NCBI GenBank assembly: GCA_004764695.1
Contig: SMSO01000031.1
Location: 4,130,436 to 4,194,435, forward strand
Direction of reading: 5' to 3'
Length of the DNA stretch: 64,000 bases
Source: Schizochytrium sp. TIO01
Taxonomy: Eukaryota; Protista; Bigyra: Labyrinthulomycetes
Part shown: piece by piece, positions 11,067 through 23,445 of the stretch
Position numbering within the stretch: the first letter of the stretch is position 1
Layout of the letters: every line of letters starts with the position of its first letter
Notes under the pieces: generated by a model
What the model was told of the DNA's origin: nothing
What the model saw: the letters and a program-made list of their open reading frames with translations, nothing else
The model's database searches: none
Program-made: the position numbers and the translations under genes

Positions 11067-14000
11067 CTAGCAGTCATCTGTAAACACAATCTTGCTAGAG
11101 TACAGTGGAGGTATTTTGGGAGGTGTCGGTTGAGCCGCAGATTTAGGCAATCCCTTTTGAGAAGTTTCTGTCTTTGCTTTGTGGACCTTTCGGCCAACTT
11201 TGGCAGGATCGTGAGCTTGATGCTCCCGGCGTTGTTGTAAAACACGCAAAAGTTTCGTCTCACGAGCCTCTTTGATCAGTCGCTCTCGTTCTTTTACATA
11301 TTCTCGCCAAGCTTGTTTCTGTCTTTGAAGCACGTCCCGCATTTCACGAATAAGGGGGATCTGCAAATGATCATTTGCAACATTGAATTGCTTAGGTGTA
11401 TATGGCACTTCAGGTACAGGAGGCGGCAGTTGGTCCGGTCGAAAAAGTAACTCGAATTTGATCGCTTTAAGCATTTCGGCATTTAGTCGTGGAATCTTCT
11501 TTTGGGCCCCAGGCCCCCCAGCAAGAATATCATTAGCCTCTTTTGCGTTTGAGATTCGCATGGCATTGATTCGGGTTTTGATAGAAACGCTCGATGTTTT
11601 GTCCTCCTCGAATTTGCTTTTCCGTACTCGAGTTGGTACTTCACTCTCTTGGCGCTCAGAATCTTCCATACTTTCGAAATCAAGCTTCCGTGCAAGGTTT
11701 ACATTTGCAGCAATGTAATTAAACACAATTCCCCCCGCAGCAGGGTAGTACAGATCTTTGATTTGAAAGAGGCAGATCTCACCATCTTTTTTATTCATAC
11801 CATACTGTTCTAGCGTTAACGTGCCAGGTTCAAAAGCGCAATTCATTTCATCTTGTATTTGCCTAGTATCATCTAGGCACATAAGGCCACTCATGAGAGG
11901 CATAAGGAGCCAAAAGTCAGGCAGGCAAGCAACTTCGCGTCGAGCGTTGGATCGATATAAAAAGTACAAATCTCGGACTGTTCTAGACGTCTCCATTTGA
12001 AGACGAGTCACTTCACCTGTGGGAAGGCTCTTTATGTAAATTGTAGTGTAAGTGGCTTTGGTCCTCCTGTATAAATCGATATCAGCACAAGAAATCAAGC
12101 GAACGTTTGCCATTAGAGCTTCACGAGCTGCCATCTTCAGCTTAAATCGTTTCGCTCGCTTCTCTTTACTTGCCTTGCCATCTATTAACCCCTTCTTTCT
12201 GTTCGCGCCTTCTGCGTTTCGCTTGGGACTATGGGCTGGGGAGCGCTGCAATCTGCTCCGATTGAGGATTGGATCTTTCATTATTGCCTGCGTAATCTCA
12301 CCAGCAGCATCATCAATCTTCGATTGACCTCCCGAAGCTTCCCACTTATCTGGTACCCAACATCGAGGACAACCTTCGGAATTTTCCCCAAAACAAACCA
12401 CACATAGGGGTACATACTTCTTTACCGGATTTGATGTAAGGCTTTCAAGAAAGAGTTTACGCTTTGCCATTAGATCGTTACCTTCGATTGGAGGTTCATA
12501 GCGCGGTCCTTTATGAAGTGAGAGCCCATGAAAGATCGGGTTGAGAACTTTGGAAGCACTATTAGTGAATAGATTTGGTTCTTGTGAAGCAAGTTCATAA
12601 CCCACACATGCAGGATGAACGACATGAGTTACAGGATAATCCTCAAGGATTTGCTCACTCCCTGTCGAGTATCCAAAGCAACTTGGGTGGATTCGCTGAG
12701 CGGCATCAGATGCAAAAATTGGAACTTTACGATTTTTGTAGCCGCGTATTGCAGGGTGTAAATTACGCTTTTTGGTAGCCTCCACCCATTTTCGAATTCT
12801 TTCTTCTTCATCATCGTCTTTTTTCACTCGAGAAGACCTTTGATTTCTTCTAGCGAGCATTCGCACAAATGCTTCGTCTGCATCCGCCTCGGCCTCTTCA
12901 GAAGCTAAGCGCCGAAGTTCAGATTCATGGTCAAGTTGATTATAGTCTCCTCCACATCGATAGTAGCCTAGGAACATTGGGTTTGCAACTTTTGGATTAC
13001 TATTGATGGGTGGCGCATGCGGTTGAATTTCGGCATGGAGAACGTCAGATTCCTTCACATAGTCTCGTTCATCTGCAGAAAATGCCAAATGATGTATTTT
13101 GCCTTTTAGTTTTGACAGTTCTGGAGTGAAAGACTGAACCGTAGGGCACGACCATTGTCCCCAGAAAATTGGGTTTACCTTGCGTACGTCTGGACGTAAG
13201 TGCTCAATTCTTCGGTCCCAAAATGCTGGATGAATGAATCTGCTTTTGTGACTGTCAACGCCTTCAAAATCTTGGCGGTGGTTCACAAGGTTCACATCAT
13301 TGTCTTGCAGCGTGGTTCCCGTAGCAATAAGTTTACAAGACTGGAATAAGAGGCGTCGTGCATATGACCGACGCCCTCGAGGGGTATCAGATACGAGGGC
13401 ATAATTTTCTGTATTCTTTTCTTTGTGTGGGCTGGGGATGTGATTGTGGGTCAAAGAGAATGCCTTTTTGCAGTTGTGAGTATCTCGCACACGCATTTGT
13501 AAGGTTCCACCTAGTAGAGAATGGCTTAGAGCCTTGGCTACTCTCTGTGCCTTTTCTGCTTCTTTATGCGTTATATCTAAAGTGATAAGTCTTCTGACTG
13601 ACGAGGTTTCTGGTGGTGGATAAGGTTGCAAATACCGTCCTTTTATTTCTGCAGCTTCCGCCGTTGCTGGTGTGAATATCTTTGTTTTTACATTAATGAC
13701 ACCGCCATCTTCCCGAACCAGATTTTCAAGGTGCTCTCGAAAAGTGCTTACCATCTTTGCGCGGCGGTCTACTTTCTCTGCAACCCGTCGGAGATTTTCA
13801 CCTGAAATTTCCTGAACCTGGACAACCGAAACTGCACATCTTGGGACAGCACACCCAGAGGGAATTTCAGCCCATACGGCTTGTTCAAATTTTTCGCAGA
13901 GGGCTTCGGACCAATCCTCCTCTAATAGACCAAAGATTTTTATATCAAGAATAACACTGTAGAAGGTGTTTTTCTGTCAGTAATTTGTTTCCTGAATTCA

Positions 14001-14775
14001 TTGTCACAATAATATAGGAATTATTAGAAAACATTCCACAATTGCAAAGCAGGAGATCTGCATATACTTACCACGTGCTGTTTGCTTTTTGCTGAGCAGC
14101 TAGCCCAAAGAAACTGTTGTTGAAAATCAAAGGCAATAAAAAATAAAAAGATAAAAAAAATAGTCAGCTTCGTAGTCTCTCCAAGATACAACGACCTTCA
14201 ACGAGTAAAGCACAATTGATCTATTTGGCTAATCCTCGGTGATGCTTTCTCTCGTTCGTCAGTTGAGGCTAAAGGGTATATCTTAGTAAAACTTACATGG
14301 GGTTTTCAACTTTCGGGTTCCATTGGCGAGGGACAGGCTGCAAAGCGTATCCACTGACTGCGGGGTGTTCAATACGTTCCGAGGATCCTTTCGCACGATC
14401 AGGATTTAAATCCTCCCAAATAACCTTACGTTCTTCAATGAAAGACTTCATTTCTAGTGCCTTTATTGTTTTTATTGAAGGGGTTTTATCTAGCGCAGTT
14501 AATGTCTGGCGACGTTCGCGGAGCGATTTCCTCTGTGCACGAGTAATACGGCGATCCTTTTTACGTTGCTTGTTGCCTCCACTGCTCGACTCAGATATTC
14601 TAGATGACATGAAGGAAGACTTCGTTCTTGCTGCTACAGCAAAAGACTCTGGAACCCCTCTTCGTAAAAATTTTAGTGCCTGAGAGCCGCGGCTAATCCG
14701 CGTGGTCTTCTGAAGCTGGACCGCCGGGAGGTCATCATCTTCCTCGAACACTCTCGTGGATGGAGCTTTCAACAT
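11067..14775 (-). CDS. Multi-exon uncharacterised protein with (H/N)PxFxG repeats, a CxxC-x6-CxxC motif and a ubiquitin-like segment
   Basis: Hand-built model. Exon 1 is 14775-14297 (donor GTAAGT). Exon 2 is 14113-14072 (CAG acceptor, GTAAGT donor). Exon 3 is 13956-13752 (CTGAC branch, CTACAG acceptor, GTAAGC donor). Exon 4 runs from a phase-1 CAG near 13667 or 13649 to 11067. Phases are consistent, and the exon 1/2 join creates ENPIFFG, matching the internal repeat. Confidence 0.7.
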
Positions 14776-15200
14776 AACGCAACAGGCTTGCTAGTCTGTA
14801 CTGGTCTTTTTTTGCTTTTCGCTTTAGCGCTTCCACAGCACGACCAGGGGCTTTCTGGTCATCACCAAGGCCCCGGTTTCTTGCAGCAAGTGCTCTATCA
14901 ACTTTTCTTATATGGGTCCAACTTTATTTCATGTATAAGCGAACAAAATGTATTATTATACTCTCTCACCCAGCTGAGAAGAGCGGCATTGTCTCAGGTC
15001 ATCTTGGCTAGACCCTTCTCAAAGACCACCTCTCTCAGCAGCTGTATGAGTGTCCGTTTCGTCAGGTGTCCCCGCGCTGCGCACCCTTCTCTCTAGTAGT
15101 ACTAATAATGAATAGAAAGGTCATAAGTGACTTTTCTCACTTCTGCCTTGTTGTGTTTTTACTTTTTGCCTGAGTATTTGTGTAGTTTATATTTTTTTCT

Positions 15201-16325
15201 TTACTTGTTTCCTTCTTGAATTTTTGCGAGGGCACGCTGAATGCTCTTCTTCTCGCCAAGTCTAACACGTACAGCATCAACACACTCACGGGGAGGGTTG
15301 GGGGCACTGGCAAGGAATTTTTCATCATCACTAGCTGATGTTCCATAGGCATTGAGAGCTTCCATCAGGGTTCGCTGCAAGGTCAGGGAATCGATTCGGG
15401 GAGAATCATCTGCAAACTCAATGGAGCCATCAACTGAACAATGCACACGCGTAGGACCTGTAGGACCTGGCGCGAAAACATCCACACTGTCATTAGGGTT
15501 GTTTTCAATGGTAAAGCCATAGAGACGTAAGAGATCAGCGTTTGGGAGGTTTCCGTAAGAAATAAAAAGCTGGGTTCCAGGCTCTACATCTTGCTTTGGG
15601 GCTACAATGAAGGACGCATTAGGGTGGTCGAACCAGTGCTGGCACATGCCGTGGTTCTCTTCGCGAGGTGCGACAATTGTGTGGTTCATCATGTCAAGAA
15701 CAGGCGGGAGTGCGAAAGGCATTCGCGACTTGAGGTCAGAGAGTGCGCGGGAAAGTAGCAGAGACCAAGCAAAGCTAAAGTTTGACGGAGTCAAGTTTGC
15801 CTCGGGCATGTTCTTTTGGTGTGGAGCAATGGCATTCTCGTAAATGCTGTCAATGAGCTGCCTCCTTTCCGTGATTTTATGTATCAAAGGCGAAGATTGC
15901 AAGAACTCCATTTGCTGATTGCCCCAAAACAGTGGCACTGATACCGATTTGGGCATGGACTCGAGATGTAAAGCGGCCATTTCTGAAGGGTTTGCAAACT
16001 CTTTGAGCAAATGCACCACAAAGCTTACAGATCCAACAAGGAGCAGCCGAGCCTGCATTGAGATGTCCTGTCGCTGTGCAAAGTACATAATCTCCTCCAA
16101 AAATGCCGGGTGTTTGTCACGGAGCTGGACATACGCCTCATCTGCAGAGAGAGGGCGCCACACCTTTTCCGGGATCGTCAGAAAGGGTCTTCCCGCCTGG
16201 AGCTTTTTCGTGGCAACCAGACCAAGGCCCATCTCACCCATGCTCTCGATCGCCACAGGGCCTATCTGCGCGCCATGTTTGCGAGCATGCTCTATGAGCT
16301 TTTTCCCTACCAGAGCTGTCGCCAT
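15201..16325 (-). CDS. SET-domain lysine methyltransferase (Rubisco-LSMT/SETD3/SETD6-like)
   Basis: GLGLVAT, FSFAWSLLLSRA, LPPVLDMMNH and QLFISYGNLPNADLLRLYGF..NPND motifs. First ATG at 16325. Confidence 0.9.
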   Translation of the reverse strand: MATALVGKKLIEHARKHGAQIGPVAIESMGEMGLGLVATKKLQAGRPFLTIPEKVWRPLSADEAYVQLRDKHPAFLEEIMYFAQRQDISMQARLLLVGSVSFVVHLLKEFANPSEMAALHLESMPKSVSVPLFWGNQQMEFLQSSPLIHKITERRQLIDSIYENAIAPHQKNMPEANLTPSNFSFAWSLLLSRALSDLKSRMPFALPPVLDMMNHTIVAPREENHGMCQHWFDHPNASFIVAPKQDVEPGTQLFISYGNLPNADLLRLYGFTIENNPNDSVDVFAPGPTGPTRVHCSVDGSIEFADDSPRIDSLTLQRTLMEALNAYGTSASDDEKFLASAPNPPRECVDAVRVRLGEKKSIQRALAKIQEGNK

Positions 16326-17091
16326 TGTAAGCTTCCCACGAAATGAGTTCTTGTTTGCCAATCAAACCTCGCGCACTCACGTGTTTGATTGATCGATGAA
16401 AAATATATACATCTGTGGCAGCAGTGATGCAAGCAAGCTATCAGTAGCAAAAAGTCTTATTGTTTTAGATAGAAGAAACAATACAGTTGGCCAGCACTAA
16501 ATATAAAGATAGGCAGCATGAGCTTTCGTCCAAGCTCAAGTGCAAAAGAACGTATGACATTTTGCAAATAGTACTATCTAATATCTAAGCAATTTGTTAT
16601 TGTGTTTTCTTGACTTCGTGATCTCTGAGTCTCGGAGCACTGGGAGAATACTCTCCATGTGCCCCATGGGAAGTAATAATAATTGATAATAATTGATATT
16701 GTGAGAGACAAATCGTCAAATCATGCATGTTTGTAGGCGGCGATTAGATGAGACAAAAAAAAAAAGGTAAAGAAAGAGGGAGCAAGGAAGGGGTAGAGCT
16801 TGTGTCTGTTGGATTGAGCCTTCAAGTTACAGTATAGATTAGGTGAATATAATATTTCTTTAAAATCTATAGATTACTTTGACTTTATTATTAAACAATT
16901 TTCACACAAGGATTGTTGAACTGTGAAGTGATAAAAAGATGGTACATGGCGCAGCCAATCGAACGAGTGTAGTTGGTACTGAGCTAACATTTTGACTCCT
17001 CGGCAAATAGGAGTTGCTTGGAAAATACAGTGAGACGAATCGAGGCATATCTTGCTTGCGCCACTTAAGAAGTTGAGACTGGGTTAAAACT

Positions 17092-18129
17092 CTAAGACGA
17101 GAAGAACTCTCGCGTGTGTGTTTCTGGCTGTGCATAAGGTGAATATAATAGATAACCATCTTCTTCGGGTGACAAATTCATGCCTGACGAGCGCCAGGTA
17201 GTATGCCAAATAACAGATTTCAATACATTGAGAAGCTCACGTCCCCAGAGAAGGAGATCATGCCAGTGAAAGAAAAGCATGATAACATTAAGAATAAGTG
17301 CAATTGTGCCAATGATTACAACCGTACCCAAGAGTAGACGCATTGCCCATGCTCGATGGAGTTGTGACTCGATAAGGGTCACAAAAGCAAGGCTTGCACC
17401 AGCTACAAAGGCAAGCAAAATGGGATGTCTACGAAAGCAGCAAATAGATTCTTGGTCTCGGGTGTTAACCTTGAGGATCAAAGTTATGATAGTTCCTGCA
17501 ATTGCACTAAGGACGAGTTGCATGGAGAAGCACGCCCAGGAGTGTATTTGGGATCCAGGGTCGTAGCCTCGTGTTTCTGCCAGTCTTTCACCTGTAATAA
17601 GCTGCGTCACAGCCACTAGAACAGATGCCAGGCTCGCAGGGTATGCTATAACGGCGCATATTTGAAGGGTAGCCCACCAGTTATTTTGCTTAAATCGCAA
17701 CCCTCCGTCAGGCATATCTAGCAGTCTTGACCTCCTTGTAGCCAAGTTTGTGGGCACTTCTGGAACAGTGTCAAGTTTGAGCGACTTGAATCTCGAAGGC
17801 ATGATCTTCGAGGGGGAGGTCTGTAGAGGTTTTGGTTTCCTCGTTTGTACTTCTGAGCAATCGTCTCGCTTTCCTTCTCGATGCGGATCTTGAATGCATA
17901 AACTTTTGGTTTTCAACGCCTTCAAGGAGTGGGGACTTTGCACTGAGGTCCTCGCATCTCCCAACCCTCTCGCGTCCACACTCTCCGCCAGAGTTCTCCA
18001 GCCCGCACGCCCAGGTCTTTCCTCGACGCAGGACCGGGCGCTCAAAACCGCGATCCTCTGTGCGCTCGGCGTCGTCTCGAAGCTCGTTCTCCGCAAAGAA
18101 GGCGAGCAGTGCATTTGTTGATGCTCCAT
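17092..18129 (-). CDS. Uncharacterised membrane protein (about 4 transmembrane helices, disordered N-terminus)
   Basis: 345-aa ATG ORF with four hydrophobic segments in its C-terminal half. Confidence 0.65.
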   Translation of the reverse strand: MEHQQMHCSPSLRRTSFETTPSAQRIAVLSARSCVEERPGRAGWRTLAESVDARGLGDARTSVQSPHSLKALKTKSLCIQDPHREGKRDDCSEVQTRKPKPLQTSPSKIMPSRFKSLKLDTVPEVPTNLATRRSRLLDMPDGGLRFKQNNWWATLQICAVIAYPASLASVLVAVTQLITGERLAETRGYDPGSQIHSWACFSMQLVLSAIAGTIITLILKVNTRDQESICCFRRHPILLAFVAGASLAFVTLIESQLHRAWAMRLLLGTVVIIGTIALILNVIMLFFHWHDLLLWGRELLNVLKSVIWHTTWRSSGMNLSPEEDGYLLYSPYAQPETHTREFFSS

Positions 18130-19243
18130 TGAGTTCTGTCTTCGTGCTTTCCTTCGTCTGTTTCTCTTCCTCTCCTTTCTTTCCTTTTCCGTAGCTTAGG
18201 GATATTATTAAAAAATATATATAATAAAATATAAAATAAAATAACAATAAAACTCTGTAGGAAGAAAACACCTGCTGCCTAATACTAGTACCCACACTAG
18301 TACCAGATTCTAAAAAGAAACAAATGAAGAAGAAAGAGTAATGAAAACGATATTAATACTAACACTGCTTTTACAGTGGATTGATTGCCAAATAAGTAAA
18401 TAAATAAAATTGAAACAAAAATGTTAATTTAAAAGAGAAAACAGCTCAGGCATTATTTAGTTTAGGCCTCTCCACGAATCCATAAAATGCGTATCTCATA
18501 AGTCGAGACCCCGCTTGGACTGGAGTCGTAGGCAGGAGGTTCTCGATTCCGGTTTCCCAAATTGACTTGCGGCCCTTCCGCGACCAAGTTCCATCAGCTT
18601 TCCTTCGCCTTGGACCTCCCACGCCAACGCGGAAGCTGGCCAGAGAGAGATAGATGTGCTGCAGCGCTCGACCGATCAATCGCTGATCGCCGTCACTCCT
18701 TTGCAAAGGGAGGAAACCGGAACGAAGCCAAAAGGAAAGCACTGAGAACCCAGGACAAGCCAAGCCGAGCCGAGCCGAGCCGAGCCGAGCCGAAGCCATG
18801 GCAGCAGGCAGCAGCAGCGGCAGCGCTTGGCGCTGGCCGCGAGCCTCCTCCGGTGGCGCCATCTCGCGTCTCCGCCCTGGCTTTGGTTGAGGTGCAGGCA
18901 GGCATTGACTGCATTGCAATCGCTGCGGAGGACCGGGAAGAACCCTGGTTCTCGATCCAAGCCAGCCAACTTGCAATTCCATACCGTCAGGGCCTCCGCC
19001 GATTCCGCGTTCAGGCCGCCAGCTGCGCAAGAACGAGCTGTTCAAGTCCACTGCCGCGCAGCCACCCACGGCGTGCGAAGCATCGTGGCGCTTCTGCCTC
19101 CTCCCCGATGCGGGCTTCGTGGCTGCGGCTGTTTCTGGTGCTTTTCGCCTTCGTTTTGGGCTTCTTTTCTGTACGAACTGCGTGAATCTCGAGTACTTAG
19201 TTGCGCCTGCTTGGGCTTGGTTTTGGGCTTATTCAGAGCTTGG

Positions 19244-19575
19244 TCTTGATCTTGATCTTGATCTTAATCTTGGTCTTGATCTTGATGTTGATCTTGATCT
19301 TGATCTTGATATTGATCTTGATATTGATCTTGAGCTCCGATCATCTCAAGTGAGCGGGTTTGAGAAAGGAAAGCGACGAAGAAACAAGAACGAAGAGAAA
19401 CAAAGAAACAAAGAGACAAAGAAACAAAGAGAGAAACAAAGAGAGAAACAAAGAAACAAAGAGAGAAACAAAGAGAGAAACAAAGAGAGAAACAAAGAGA
19501 GAAACAAAGAGAGAAACAAAGAGAGAAACAAAGAGAGAAACAAACAAACAAAGAGAGAAACAAAGAAAGAAAGAG
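19244..19575. repeat. Compound tandem repeats (GATCTT)n and (AGAGAAACAAAG)n
   Basis: Directly visible. Generates the spurious LDLDLD and NKER ORFs. Confidence 0.95.
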
Positions 19576-19865
19576 AGAAGCAAATAAAGAAAGTAAGTGC
19601 GCTCCATCGCCCTCGTGGCTGCTCGCTCTCTCACGGTAGAGCGTCCGCGAGGAAGCGGGTTCCCCCGACGCCGCAGAGTGTGGTTTCCGCTACCTTTTAC
19701 ACTATCTGCGCCCGCTAAAGGAGGACTCTGCCGGTCGGTCTCCACTGGGAGGGCGCGCAGTCCCTTTCGAGGTGACCAACTGGAGACGTCCAGTGCCGGC
19801 AGATGAGACTTTGTGCTAGTGCCTGGTTGGCCAAGAAATTCTTTTCGTTCATTGGTCCCTTCTTT

Positions 19866-19877
19866 CTGTCTGTCTGC

Positions 19878-19921
<44 letters not shown>
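19866..19921. repeat. (TCTG)n microsatellite
   Basis: Directly visible. Confidence 0.95.
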
Positions 19922-19924
<3 letters not shown>

Positions 19925-20236
19925 AGCAGGAGCTGGTTTCTGGCCACCCACCTCTTCGCTCATTGCCCGCGAGGTATTATGGATGGACGCGCTTGAACGC
20001 CCGCAGTGCCTGTCTGTCATCAGCATATATATCTTACCATTTATTCAAGTTATCATCGTCCCAGTAAATGAATAACCGAAAAACTGGAAAACCGAAAGAC
20101 TTCTCTTCCTTTTTATCTTTACTATTATTCTTATCTTTATCTTTATCTTTATTTTATAATATTTTTATTTTTTTAATTTAAAAAATAAAAATTAAGTTTC
20201 ATAAAATAGTAGCTTTCTACATACAGTAGTGAAGCG

Positions 20237-20414
20237 AAAGTAAAGTAAAGTAAAGTAAAGTAAAGTAAAGTAAAGTAAAGTAAAGTAAAGTAAAGTAAAG
20301 TAAAGTAAAGTAAAGTAAAGTAAAGTAAAGTAAAGTAAAGTAAAGTAAAGTAAAGTAAAGTAAAGTAAAGTAAAGTAAAGTAAAGTAAAGTAAAGTAAAG
20401 TAAAGTAAAGTAAA
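20237..20414. repeat. Perfect (TAAAG)n pentanucleotide array, about 35 units
   Basis: Directly visible. Confidence 0.98.
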
Positions 20415-20583
20415 CACCTGACCTTCTCCACTCCTAGCAACTGCTACGCCTCTCGCTAACCGCCAGAGGGGGTGAGTGAGAAGAAAGAAGTTAGAAGAAG
20501 AGAGCGCCAGGCCTCGTGGAAGCCGAGGAGAACAGCGACTCAGCTCCTTCGTGGCCACAGAAAACCAACCGCCTCACTGCGGT

Positions 20584-20627
<44 letters not shown>

Positions 20628-22389
20628 TGCCGCGCGGCCGCTGCGCTGACTCCTCGAACGGAGCGCATTACGTTCGTGACTGACTGAGGTCGATGCAGCT
20701 GTCTGCATGCCTAAGTGTCTGTCTGCTTGAGCTTGCTTGCTTGCTTGTAAAATTACCATACCCGGCCATATTAGGCATAATAAATGGGTACACACCTTAT
20801 GTTTTCCGCCTTTTTAGTCTAAGCGAAGAAGGCCTGCGTCGAAAGAGGCTGTAATAGATGCGTGAGAGCACAGCAGAACTCGCGAGACCTGGGCTCCCGT
20901 TCGAGCGAGATCGACGCCATTCTGCACGAGTCGCCCGCGAAACCGCCTCTTGCTGCATGCAGCTGGCTTTAGTTCCATTGTCGTTGTCATTGTCGCTGCC
21001 ATTGTCATTGTTATTGAGATAGATGGCCATCCCTGATGCCCCTCGACCTAGCAGAAGCGATGAGTCAGGTATCAACAGCTGAAGAACCGCCGGTTCTGCG
21101 CTCTGAGCTGCTTACATGCATGCGTACACACATATCCACACGCTCCCAAAGGAATCAATCAACAAATCAATCAACAAATCAATCAACAAAAAAATCAACA
21201 CATAAATCAACAAATTAACAAATCAACAACAAATCAATAAATCAATAAATAAATCAATGCAAACGGGCTCGCTTACAGCACGAAGCGCGCCTGAATCGTG
21301 TCGGTCGGGCCTCTTCCCAAGACCTTGAGGTTTCTCCAGCTTCGCCTGGGCCCGGCCCGCGTGTCTTCAGGGTACGGGGGAAGATGGCAAAGGCGCTGGC
21401 TTGGCGCGAGGGAGCAGCAGTACTTCGTTTGCCTCGCTCGCTCCGTAGCTCTTCCGCGGAATCTCGGGCACCTCCTTGAACCCGACGAGCGTCCCTCAGT
21501 GCACGGAACCCCAACAGAACGTTTGGGGCACTGGGCCTGAAAATGCGTTCTGCCGAAACCACCAAAACAAAAAAACAAAAACAAACAAATAAATAAAAGG
21601 CGCGTAGCGAAGCGACCGAGAAAGAGCAGAACCCTCTTTGAGGAGAACGATCCTCCAGCGCAGGTTTTTGCTCTCCGGGAAGAGGAAGCTCTCAGAAGTT
21701 GCGGCGAACTTGAGCCCGCGTCGAGACGAGTGAGTTCAAGCCGTTGTTCTCCAGGATATTATGTTATGTTATCCCTGAGGAAATGTGCAGCACTGATCTG
21801 GGTCAAAGCGGCCACGCACACGTACGCACACGAAATCCGATGTCCCAATTATCCACTTATCCCGGTGTCCATATCAACAACATTGGACTCGGAAAATGGA
21901 ACATGCCAAAGTTTGCCATCACTGTGGCTCACTGGAACTTTTGAGTGGCAGTATGGTGAGAGGGAAAAGAGGGTTTTATTGGTAATGGGCCTCAGAGTAC
22001 TCGAAGGAGTCTCCTCACACGAAAACACTCTATGCCATGCAAATTTATTTATATACACCCAGTGTTCTTTAAAGATAATGTCGGAATCCAGGAAATCAAA
22101 GAACGACGGGGGTACAAAAGAACTTTTACTGTTTAGAGGTTGACTCTGTGGCAAAAAGTTTGCTGTAGTGGAGAGGTTCTCAAGTTCTGGGTCTCGGCAT
22201 AGATGAACTTTGGCGAGAGAGTGTTATTGTCTTTTCCCAGCTTCGGAAAACGTAGTGCTAGAACTTCTTTGGCCCTGCGCTTTGTGTCAGACTTATCAGT
22301 AAAAATTGGTTGGCAAAGCCTTTGTCACTTGGCACAGGGATCTCACGTTGAACTCACGTTGGCACCCTTTGGCGTGCGAGGAAAGAAAC

Positions 22390-23445
22390 ATGGTCCTTGC
22401 GCAAACTGGTCTGCAACAGGCCATCATGAGATCTCTGAACGAGGTGCAGAGACAGATGCCGCTGCGCCAAAGGATTGCCTGGAAACTACGTATGCAGCGA
22501 TATAAATGCTCTAGGAAATGGAGAAATTTATTGCACAAGACCAAGCGTGCAAAACCTGTGAAGAGTAAGGAAGAAGAACTTCTACCTGATCAAGAAAGTG
22601 GAACTAAAAAGACAAGCAGGAAGCATTCTCTTACAAAGTATCTATGGCCAAGCCAGGACAATTCACAAGCTATTAAAAAAGAGAAAAGCGATAACGAAGC
22701 CTCTTCAGTTGGTGATAATCAATTCGGTCGTAAGCAACGCATTGGAGAATGCGATGGAGAAGATGAAAACACCAAAATCTGCAAGTTTTGTCACTCGGGC
22801 GAGGAGGATGTCAACTCAGCTGGCGACCTTATTGCGCCATGCAAATGCTCGGGTAGCTGCAAATGGGTTCATAGAAACTGCTTGGATGATTGGAGGAAGT
22901 TAGCCCGAAATCAAGATGCCATGACAACCTGTTCTGTTTGTAAAGAGGAATTTGTTATGGAAGGTGTTCTGGGACCCTCCTGGCTGCAGATAAAACTCGA
23001 GGTCTTCTTTGGCCGCACGTGCGCTCATCTTGGAGCGGATTCAAGTATTGTAGGGGTAATAGCTCTTATTGCTACATCGATAAATTGGTCGGCGCTGTTG
23101 CTGGGATTTTTCACGCTTTTAGTACAATTGGTAGGTATCATAGGAATGATATGCCTTGTTGCGGCATGGTGTCACCAATTTACTTATGAGCGAGATATGA
23201 TAATTATTCTTGCTATCCATGCCCTAACACTTCTTCGTATGGTCCAGCTTATTGGTGGAGGTAGTAGCCCGAGCGTCAGTATTGCAGTGTGGGCTAGCAT
23301 TGAGTCTCTTGGCTTTTGTTTACTATTCTTCCTTCTCATGAGCCAACGCAAGAATTTAATCAAGCTCTTTGCAAAATCATCCAAGCCTCGACCTAAGCCT
23401 ACTGAAGGCTTACCACGTATTAAATGTCTTGCAGCTGCTGCATAA
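22390..23445 (+). CDS. RING-CH (RINGv/MARCH-type) E3 ubiquitin ligase with transmembrane helices
   Basis: C4HC3 finger CKFC..LIAPCKCSGSCKWVHRNCLDDW..CSVC followed by hydrophobic segments. First ATG at 22390; true start uncertain. Confidence 0.88.
   Translation: MVLAQTGLQQAIMRSLNEVQRQMPLRQRIAWKLRMQRYKCSRKWRNLLHKTKRAKPVKSKEEELLPDQESGTKKTSRKHSLTKYLWPSQDNSQAIKKEKSDNEASSVGDNQFGRKQRIGECDGEDENTKICKFCHSGEEDVNSAGDLIAPCKCSGSCKWVHRNCLDDWRKLARNQDAMTTCSVCKEEFVMEGVLGPSWLQIKLEVFFGRTCAHLGADSSIVGVIALIATSINWSALLLGFFTLLVQLVGIIGMICLVAAWCHQFTYERDMIIILAIHALTLLRMVQLIGGGSSPSVSIAVWASIESLGFCLLFFLLMSQRKNLIKLFAKSSKPRPKPTEGLPRIKCLAAAA

Noticed and set aside
13650-13754. ATG at 13754 as the start of the 895-aa protein
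   Set aside because: It abuts a GTAAGC donor of an upstream exon read in another frame, so this first stretch is more likely intron.
20237-20414. (TAAAG)n as a telomere or CRISPR-like array
   Set aside because: Internal, spacer-less simple repeat that is not TTAGGG-like.
18446-21600. Numerous 60-200 aa ORFs in SSR-rich regions (also 41-58 kb)
   Set aside because: Their translations are microsatellite-derived (LDLD, NKER, LLYFT, SINQ) or GC-rich stop-poor frames with no domain signal.
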